This document shows positions 53,225 through 64,000 of a stretch of 64,000 nucleotides of DNA, piece by piece. The notes under the pieces are model-generated. The model was not told where the DNA came from, did not search any database, and saw only the letters and a program-made list of their open reading frames with translations. A program made the position numbers and the translations under genes. Each line of letters starts with the position of its first letter. The stretch's first letter is position 1. Origin of the DNA: the human T2T-CHM13v2.0 reference genome, Homo sapiens; the NCBI RefSeq assembly GCF_009914755.1, contig NC_060929.1; one strand, given 5' to 3'.

Positions 53225-53269
53225 TCAATGTTCTTTCTGCGTAGACAATCCGGGTGTACATATGACCCC

Positions 53270-53445
53270 AGTGTAACCCCTGCCACTTGCTGTCTATGTA
53301 TCCTTGGGAAAGATAATCTTAGCTGGCTCCTCAGTTTTGTCTCTGATGGGGAATTGTAATACTTCACTTGTGGAGTTGCAAGGTTAACTGAGGCCCAGCT
53401 GGGATAGTAACTGGCACATAGGAGGCACTCAGTGGTAGCTATTGT
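53270..53445 (+). mobile_element. MIR SINE remnant
   Basis: CTGCCACTTGCTGTCTATGTATCCTTGGG...CCTCAGTTTTG...TGGCACATAGGAGGCACTCAG. Confidence 0.7.
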
Positions 53446-54521
53446 GATGTTATTGGCATTGTTGGTACTGCCACAACCACCCTGTGAGCTCCTGAGGGAT
53501 GGGACCACGTGTAGTCATCCTTGGTGCTAAACAGGCCCAGAACGGATCTGTTTGGAGCCGAGAGGCCCACCTTTGCAAGGGAATTGGTGCCTTCCAAGAA
53601 GGTACAAGGCAGATGGGGGATCCTGCCTAGGGAGGTCAGGTTGCTTTAGGGAGAGACACCTGAGGTGGGGCCAGGAGAAAGATGGTGTTGGGACTTCAGG
53701 CTGCCTGGAGCCTGGAACCCCTGTTCTGAGGAACGTGTGAGAAGAGAGGGGCAAAGTGGTTATTTGAGTCTGCGTTACCCTGCTTAACCCTAGTGGGCCA
53801 CAAAGGCTCCAGCCTGCCCTCCCAGGGCCTAGTGATGTGATTTGTGAATTGAGGTTAATGTCTGCAGGGCCTGAAGGGTGCCCTTGCCACCATGCCCTGG
53901 GCCCCACAGCTGAGCTCTTTGTTCCCAGTGGGAACTGGGCTGACACCCACAGGTAGAATCCTCTGTGAGGCTGGCAGCATGGCTAGCCAGGCCTGCTTTT
54001 GGAGAAGACAACTGAAAGGAGAAAGGAGAGGCTTCTGGAAGCCTCATGTGGGAAAACCTACCAGGTCTTACCCTACCCTGATGGAGTTGGGGCGGCGGGG
54101 GCGCAGGGTTGTTGGGGATGCTTGTAGGGGCAGCAGCACTACCGTGTCCTAGGGCCGGTGGGCATGGGGCTCTAATGTCCTGAGAGGATTAGGAGGGCTC
54201 TTTCAAGCATCCTGGAGCCCCCTTGCGGGCGAAGAAAGTGAGGGTTCTGAGCTCTGGCCTCATGTCCCTTGATGGAAGAGGTCTTCATTTGGCTGCGTGC
54301 AGAGGATTAGAATGGGGAGTGAGGCCATGGTTTTGTAGTTGTGGGCTCTGGAGGTCTGTTGAGGCCATGGCTGCTTTTCTGGTATTTTTGCCCTTGTATT
54401 TTGCTTTTGTGGAAGAGCTTCATTTTAGACCCCAGGCTCTTTCTCTGTTGTCTTCAGTTGGTGTGTCCTCAGTTTTATTCTATAGCTATGTGTGGGGATA
54501 GGCAGAGAGTGGCCATTTCTA

Positions 54522-55125
<604 letters not shown>

Positions 55126-55789
55126 TCTTCTAGTAGCCTTTATTTTCTCTTGTTTTTCATCATACCGTGGTACAAAAAGGTAAGAGAGGATTTCATTGCC
55201 TGCCTCTCCTGGACCTCATGGCCTGTAGAGTGAGGATGGTGCGTTGAGATGAGGCACTGACTCCTCCATCCTGGTCAGCGGCCATGGGCCCTTTGCTGTC
55301 CTTATAGACAATGCAAAGTGTGTCCAACTGCTCGGGGCTCTGCTGAGGTTTGTGTGAGAAGCATTTGTGATTCTGGAAAACTTTCCCTTTCCCAGGATGA
55401 CCCCAGTGATGATGATGCTCTACCCAGGAGCTTGGCTTGGGTCTGTCCAGAAGGGCTGCTGCTGTGGCCATGGGCACACAGAGCCCTGTCCCTGGCCCAG
55501 CAGGTGTGTGGCCTGTCTCTGACTCCCTGCAGCACCTCCCCTGCACCCCAGACATCCTGTGTGTCTGTCCTTTTGATGCCAACTTTGGGGTGCCATGCAG
55601 CCATCAAGTCAGAAGGCGGTTGTGCTGTCACAGGGTGACAAGGAGATTTTCGTTCTCCTTCCTCTCTGCTTAGCCTCATTTTGCTGTGCGAGCCTGAACC
55701 TTAGGTCTCTGTTGCTTTCTCTATTGCATAGGGATGGAAATTCCTGCCAAATCTGTGACACAGTGTTGCTTTGAGGACTGCTGAGGTTT

Positions 55790-56075
55790 GTCAGTGCTAA
55801 ATCTAAAAGGGCATCATGGTTGCCTTTAGACACCACCTGAGAAGGCTTCCCTGATCTCCCTCCTCGTGGCTTAGAGGCAGTGTATCCACAGTTCACTTAT
55901 ACTTACTCTATTACAGTCATCATCACACTGCAGTAAAACCACCAACATGTGAGATTGTGGCCCCACAATCAGAGAGCTCTTGGGGCAGAGTCTGTGCCTT
56001 GATCACCATTAATGGCATAAAGCTGATAATTACTCTGTAAATATTTGTTGAATCAGCAGATGATTGGATGAATCC
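55790..56075 (+). mobile_element. L2 3'-end remnant
   Basis: GAGAAGGCTTCCCTGA...GAGCTCTTGGGGCAGAGTCTGTG...GTAAATATTTGTTGAAT. Confidence 0.6.
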
Positions 56076-56099
56076 ATTTCCAACCCAGAGAATTTGCTG

Positions 56100-56620
56100 G
56101 ATGTGCTTCTTAGGTCTTATCCTATCTTTCAATCAGCAAAAGATTCTTTCAAATAGAGGATTGGGAATGTTGAGGAATTGGATGTGATGTTTCCTTAGTA
56201 GCTCTATCTGAATAGTCCATAGATAGATCAGGTGTGACTTGATCCAGCACCCAAACTTTCTCCGTGACAGGGTTTAATTCTCCCCATTCCTTGGTTCCCT
56301 TAAGTAGAGTTAGTTCTGTTCTCAGTCCCCATATGGTTAAAAGATGGCTGCCGCAGCTCTATCCCTACATCCTATCTTACTCGATCCAGTGGGATAGGTT
56401 GAGAATCTCTATCCTAGCATTCCTAGTAGAGGACTGTGGCTCACTCTGATTGGATTGGCATGGTCATGTGCCCTCCTCTGAACTAATTACTTGGCCAGGG
56501 GAATGCCATGTACTGATTGGCCTAGATGTGGGACTTGTGCTTCAAGTGTATTGAGATGTGGGAGAGATGGATTCTCCAACAAAATTAGAGCTTTTGCTAG
56601 AAGGGAAGATGGATATGGGG
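56100..56620 (-). mobile_element. Old MaLR LTR (MLT1K/L-like)
   Basis: AAGATGGCTGCC...CTCTGATTGGATTGGCATGGTCATGTGCCC..CTCTGAACTAATTACTTGGCCAGGGGAATG..ATGTACTGATTGGCC. Confidence 0.65.
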
Positions 56621-56904
56621 AGAAATATAAGTATATTCATCATAGATAGCAATGTATATTTTAGAAAATCTGCGCATTAGTGCATCAATTCTAGGTTCCT
56701 TCAGGCTGAAAGGATATTTTCCTCTTTGCTTGTCTACCTGAGCTCCCACGGACCCATATGTGTAGTCTCGTAGTATGTATCTAGCTGCAGCCATATTGCC
56801 CCACAGATGCCAGCTTCCTGGCTTGACTGGGACTGGCTGTTGGCACTGGGCTCTGCAGTGCTGTCTGGCTTAAACAGCTCTGAATCTGCATGTGAGATTC
56901 ATGG

Positions 56905-57035
56905 GTTGTCAATTTCGGGGTCATTTGTTCCAGATGTCCAGATGAGAAAACCAAGGCCCAGAGAGGTGAAGGCACAGCCAGTTGGTGTCAGAGCCAGGAT
57001 CAGAACCAGGTGTCCTGGCCACTGCCTGAGCTCTC
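56905..57035 (-). mobile_element. MIR SINE remnant
   Basis: CAGATGAGAAAACCAAGGCCCAGAGAGGTGAAG...GTCAGAGCCAGGATCAGAACCAGGTGTCCTG. Confidence 0.7.
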
Positions 57036-58074
57036 TTCCTTATACCTTCCCCGACTCCCTGATACCATTTCTACTTTGAGAAGAGATGTTAGAGCCATAA
57101 ACAAAGACAGGAGGTATATGCAGGAGGATAGAGGACTCATGATGGGAGCTCCAGTAGCAGAATGAAACCCTGTGGGACCATTCTGTCTCCAAGGGCGACC
57201 CTGAGCCTTCCTGCCCTCAGGTGCCCAGCTCAGCCTCTGCAGCAGACCTCTGGTTTCTAGAAAGTCATCAGTTATTTTGACCAGCCTTTGCATTTCTCTT
57301 CTGTGAACTGAGTGATTAGGGTCTCTAAGAGCAACCATTATCTGCACATCTTGGGAATGCATGTTTTTCACACATGCAGCCCTTCCAGAAAGATTTAGCC
57401 TGGGGATGAAGCAGACGGGTTCTACACTGAGGGCAGATACCAATCATTTTTACAATTGTTTGCAACAGGAGAGGAAACATGAGCTTAACAGTTCTGTTGT
57501 GGATGGATTTGGGGGAGAAACACGAATGAATTGTCAACAGGATGGCTTCTGCTTTTATCCTGGGATTTGCTGCCGTTCCCTGCAATCCGGCTGCTCTGTG
57601 CAGAGCCCCAGGATTTACAGACATTCTTTGCAGGTGGGGGCTTATTGTGAGGTGCAGCCTCGGGCTGGGCCGGCATCTGTGGAAGAAAATCTGTCAGTTG
57701 TGTCGAGGAAGGGAGCACACTCCTTAGGGTGGAATTTGGAACAGCCCCCTGTACTACTTCCACTTGGGGGAGGTACCCGAGCAAGGGGCTCAGACCTTAG
57801 CGGGCACATACTGGCTTCCTGAGTTGGTGTAAGCCTCCCTAATGTTTTCAAAAGCCCTAGACAGCAGTAACTGAGAGGAACAGCCTTTTCAGACTCCTGC
57901 CAGGAAAAAAAAATCATGCTCAGAAATCCATTTGTGGGGAGTTTGAAGTTTGAAGCCCTCCAGCTGCAGACGGGCAGCTTGGGTGGTCGGGCGGGGTGGG
58001 GTGGGTGTCCTCGAGTGGAAGGAGAGTGTCGCGTGGGACAGCTAGGGAGTGTGACTAGGAGAGTAGCAGTTTAT

Positions 58075-58290
58075 TTCATAGCAACAGTGGAGTTGGCATT
58101 TGACAGACCTAGGTTCAAGTCTTGGCTCTGGCCTGAGCCAACTGCAAGATCTTAGGCAAGTGACTTAGCCTCTCCAGATCTGTTTACTTATCTGTAAAAT
58201 GGAGACAATAATACCTCATTGGTTGTGAAGAAGATTAAATGAGACTATGTATGTAAAGCTCTTGGCACAGTGCTTGATACAATTAGTGGA
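58075..58290 (+). mobile_element. MIR SINE
   Basis: GACAGACCTAGGTTCAAGTCTTGGCTCTG...TCTGTAAAATGGAGACAATAATACCTCATTGGTTGTGAAGAAGATTAAATGAG. Confidence 0.85.
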
Positions 58291-60409
58291 AGTGGGGGTT
58301 ACTGATATTATTATACCAAAGAGATCCCAAAGAAACACAATCCGTGCAAAACTGTGTTCTCTATGCAAATGCAGCCTCCAGACAAGTTCCTAGCCCTACT
58401 TCTAAGCAGATGGCCACCTTCAAGCCTCTGTTTATGGAAATTCTGGAGCCATCATGGATTAATGTTGGCGCAGACAATAACATTTCAAAATAATTTGCCA
58501 CTTTTTAACTGTCTGGCAGATCTGGGTGGAAAAGGACCCTGGATCTATGGTGCATGCTTCTTGGTTCAGGAGAAGAAGGCAGATTGGTAGCTGGTTACAT
58601 ATACCTGAGTAGTAAAAGATGGCACAGGCTGAAAGACCATAGGGAAAAGCAGAAATTGGGGCCCAGAATGGTTTCCCATACCCTACCCCAATAATAATTA
58701 GAAAAGGCAGCCAAGGGGAGGAAAATCATTGAGGGCCATCCTTGGGTTTGTATGAGCCTTTGCCATTTTTGTATTCTTGACATGGTTGCTGCCCCTCAGC
58801 TGACAGTTCTACCCCCATTTTACAGAAAAGAGATGGCTAAATCATTTATTCCAGGTTTCACGGCTAGGAAGAAACAGAGCTGAGGCTCAAATTCAGGCCT
58901 GTGCCCCGCCCTCTCCAAATACACTCTTTCAGAAACATGCCATGTCCAGGAATGCCAGGTGGATGGAGGGGTGTCCACATGTTAACATTCAGGCATCGAG
59001 AGGCTAAGAGATCTCAGTTGGGCGTGGTGACCTGGGCGTTCTTAGAAGATGAAGAAAAGTGCCTGGCAGTTTGGGGTCCCACATGGCCTGGGCATTGCAG
59101 GGCCCTGTGTGTCTGTTAGTGCCTGTGGTCCCTACTGCAGCAGGCAGTACTCGAGAGGAGGCACAATTGCTCTAGGAGACCTTTTCCAGCCAATCTCATT
59201 CCCACATTCCCTGGGCTGCCACCCTGCCCCACCTTAGGTGGATGAGACGCTGGTGGTCTTTTGTGGTGATGGGGTGCAGGGGTGTTGGGGGAATTCAGGG
59301 AGTTGGGATGTGGAGAAGCCGCCTTGGATGAGCACACTGGGGTGGTGGCAAGCTCCTTTCCCGCTTAGTGGCTCCTCTTGGCCACCACATGGGGACAAGT
59401 CCCACTGTTACCACTCTCTCTATTTTGGCAGCCTCCGCTTCATGGTACCTATTATGGTTGCAATATTGCTGTCGTTGTCTGGCTGTTTGGTTAACAGTAG
59501 TTCCCACACTAGAATGTGAGTGCCGTGAGGCCAGGGCTTGCATTCAGTACTATACCCTTAGAACCTAACACCATGCTTGGTACTCCTTGTTTAATTTATT
59601 CTTTCATTTTCTTGATGTTCATATACTGAGTGCCGCTTGTTTTGTTTTTGTTTCATGCTGGGTGCTGTGTTGGGAATGGGGTGCAGTGGTGAGCCCTGCA
59701 TTCACATCCCCACTCTTTTGGAGTTTAGTCTAGTGGTATCCTGGGAGCTCAAGTGTGCTTGCTGAGTGAGTGAGTGGTTCTGTAAGTGGTCCAGGAGGCC
59801 GCCTGGTCAGGACATGGTCACTGAGGCGGAGCCTCTGTTAGCTTTCCTGGGCAGTGGGCGGCGGGACTCCAGGGCTCCCCTCCTGAAGGTGTTCAGGACC
59901 AGTGCTCTGTTTCCCTCTGATGAAGGGGGCTGGCGGGGAGCCCAGGGCTCACCAGTCCAACCTGTTGGGGTTTCAGATTTGTTCCATCTGAGCAGTCGAT
60001 TAATTAGTAACTGGAGCTACCCATCATCCCTGGCTCTTGTGTGAGTTGCTGGGTGCCCCTCTTTCTTCCTTTCCATTTGCTCAAATTGAGCAGCCTGATT
60101 CTGTGATATCATTTGAAATGTGGCCAAGAAGCAATTAATGTGCTGTTTGCTGACAAAGATTTGCCGCGGCTGCAGGGGCTGGGGATGGGAAGGCCTGCAC
60201 AGGATTGAGGAGATGAGAGAGCAAACAAAGGTAGGGGAGGAGGTGCTGCTACTGGTCTTTGCAAGGGTGCCAAGCCCAGGCGGGAGTGGTTCTTCTTTCC
60301 TTGAACCTTCTCTCACCCTTCCCTGCCCAGACCCGAGTGCTGCCTGCAGGGAAGGGCCTGGGGGATGGAATGGAATGGGTTTCCTGTGGCCTCTTACGAT
60401 GACAATTCT

Positions 60410-60590
60410 GATGGCAGCTGCCAGTTACTGAGCCCTTATCTTGTACGGAGTGTGCTGGGGTCATCCCATTCGATCCTTACAGCAACCCTGAGGGAGATGT
60501 GTCATAGGCCCATTTTATAGGCAAGGGCACTAGAAATGACAGGACTGGCCCCAGGTGACCCAGTCAGTGGTGGGGTGGGATCTGAGAGAC
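60410..60590 (-). mobile_element. MIR SINE remnant
   Basis: TTACTGAGCCCTTA...ATCCCATTCGATCCTTACAGCAACCCTGAG...CCCATTTTATAGG. Confidence 0.65.
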
Positions 60591-61519
60591 TGGAAAAGCC
60601 TGCCTGTTCAGGCAGGTGCCTAGCAGGGATGGGAAGGGTCAGCCCCTGGGCCCCTGGTCAGGTCATGGTGACTTGTGTGGGGATGAGGGGCTAGATAAAT
60701 GGCAGCATTGTGTAATTGATGGCTGCCTCTAGAGGGTGGTTAATAAGAACCAGGTGGGGTGGTGCTGACCCAACCCAGTAGATGGGGCAGAGGCCCTGGA
60801 CAGAATGAGGGGCTGTGGTACGCCTGTCCCCACCCTGCGTGGTTGATGCCGTGGTGGGGCCCGGGGAGTCTTTCAAAAACCCCTGCAGAGGGAGCTTGTC
60901 TGATCCAAAGAGGGGGTGCCCATCCTCTATCTCAGTGGCTTGGGCACCTTGTGCTCTGCTTTTCATCTTTCTGAATGGCTTTTCGGGCCAGCCTGTGAGG
61001 AGTCCTGCCTGCCCTGACTGTTGACTCATCCTGGGTGGAATTATGTACAGAAATTAGTCAACAGAGGCCATTCCCGGGACCACAGGCAGCTGGCTGCAGG
61101 CATTGCGCAGGCGCCGTGCCTGCTGGGAGTGTCTTTTCGGACACAGAGCATGGGCTTCGTGGGTGCGCTTCCAGGGCTGGGATTTCTGCTCATTGCAGAG
61201 CCACATAGTTGGAGGCTGATGGCCTAGCCCATTGCCCCATGCCTAGTCTCATAGAACCTGGGTGGGACAGTGAGCTCTGGTCTCTTCCAGCATGCCAGGG
61301 AGAAGTGGAGACCCTTGGACTGGAAGTGCTGGCCCCTCCTCACTCAGCCCCTTTCCAAGTACCTCATTGCCAAGCACAGTGTGGGGAACTGAGGATTCGG
61401 GGAAAATAGCACATGGGTAAGTTGTCAGGGATCTTGGGGTAGGGGTGGGAATAATCTAACATAAATTGATGTAGGCAGGAGAAGCACTGTCCCATAAGCA
61501 GATCTGTGTGTTGATTTCC

Positions 61520-62500
<981 letters not shown>

Positions 62501-63129
62501 TTGTGTGTGGCTCGGTGCAGCTTGCGTGGTGAACACATGTGCCGTCCCCGAGGCGGGTTCAGAAGGAGTGCTGTGTGACTGGCTTGCAAGGCAGGTCGGC
62601 ACTCTCCAGAGGGCTCTCACCAGTACACATGCACTCAGTGACATGTGCTGAGCGACAGGAAGGGGCAAGGAGACCAAAGGCTGGGTGAGGAGAAGCTACT
62701 GCCTGGAGTGCTGGGGAGGACGTGGCTGTGATTTCACTTGTCCATGGTGACAGAGAAACAGAGTAGCCCCCAGACCAAGGGAAGAAAGTGAGGCAGCCTT
62801 CTCCCTGCCGTGCCTGGAGGGGAGTCCCACCTGCAGCCAGGGGGATAGATGCTGCATTGTGTCTCAGAGCGTTCTCACCCTTGGGACTCCAGCTAGGGCA
62901 GCTGCTTGTGGAACACGACTCCTTTCTGAGTTGTTGGGCTCCAGGCCTGGGCATCCTCGCAGCCCACAGCGTTCTGTGCTGCAGTGCCTACAGGGTGGTA
63001 CACCTCCTTGGTGTCAGCCCGATGTATGGACCTGCTCTCCCTGTTCCTGGCCTAGTGAGCCATCTCATTAAGAGCTGTCTGTTCTCTATGCTCTGCCTCC
63101 TTCCCTTTGTTCCCCATGCCCCAGTGCAA

Positions 63130-63825
63130 GGGCAGCCCCTCAGCACATCACCCGAGGCTCCTCTCTGACCTCCCTGGCTGCAGTCTCCCCCCAGCTCATC
63201 CTTCTTAACCACTACAGCTGCCTTGGCTAATTCCTTGCCCCTTCATGGCAGTTCTGGGTATTGCCCCTCCTGCCTAGCAGGAGAACAAAGGCCAGTAATG
63301 GTCACTTCTGTGAGTGGCCCCTGCCTCCTGCTCTGGTCTCCAAATCCAGTCTCCCTCCATATCTACCTACTCACCCTCCCCCAGACAGACTCTGTGCCTT
63401 TTGGCCTCTGTGGCCTTTGTTCAAGCTACTCACCTAGACTGGGATCTTTCTCCTCTCTCATTTTCCTCTCCACTGGAGACTGAGGTCACGGGCTCTGTGA
63501 CGGAGCCATTCTCCAGTGACAGATTTGCTCTCTGCCCAGGGATTGCTCTGGGATCAGTGTCCACAGTTCCTGGAACTAGTAGAGGTGGTGGTTGTTGCAG
63601 CAATAATGGCCAATGTGTGTGGTGAGTGGCAGCGGTGAGACTCAGTAATGGGTCTGCCTGAGCACTGGTGCTTTTGGATGCTGGAGATCCAACCTCCCTC
63701 TGGAGCAAGGGTTGCCTCCCTACCTCACTCATCAGCTTTGTATGTCTTGCCTGCTGTTGCGGCCACAGCTCTTGGCATATACCCAGCACATGTGTGCACT
63801 CAGTAACTGGTGAGTGAATGGACAA
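63130..63825 (+). mobile_element. L2 LINE remnants
   Basis: TGGCCTTTGTTCAAGCTACTCACCTAGACTGG...CCCAGCACATGTGTGCACTCAGTAACTGGTGAGTGAATG; patchy. Confidence 0.5.
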
Positions 63826-64000
63826 GGGGATGATGAGAGCATCGAAGGTTCTGAGCAGGAGAGTGACAGATCAGAGAGAGTCACTGGTCCTGGGTGAGGA
63901 GGAACTAGAAATGAGGAATCCATTTCAAAGGCAGTGAGAGAGTCTGAGGGGAGGAGGGCCTGGGTCAGGGAGGACAGTGGGGGTAGGAAGGAGGGGCCCA

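Overview
This is primate, most likely human, non-coding genomic DNA. I found no recognisable protein-coding exon, RNA gene or CpG island. The many short six-frame ORFs are chance ORFs or Alu/L1/LTR-derived. The only real protein homology is to L1 ORF2p C-termini and a decayed HAL1/L1 ORF1p. The window contains 14 Alu elements or fragments (AluY, AluS, AluJ, FLAM), a young 5'-truncated L1PA2, L1PB/L1MA/L1ME/HAL1 remnants, MaLR LTRs (THE1C, MSTA, MSTB, MLT1), DNA-transposon fossils (MER44B, MER5B, MER63A) and many MIR/L2 remnants. Most L1 copies lie on the minus strand, which suggests, but does not prove, an intron of a large plus-strand gene that I cannot name. The best-supported observations are well-preserved retrotransposition footprints and several repeat-free islands with clustered transcription-factor motifs that may be enhancers. 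I did not find a supportable novel biological system. Repeat subfamilies and the boundaries of old repeats were assigned by eye from remembered consensus sequences and need RepeatMasker/Dfam confirmation.
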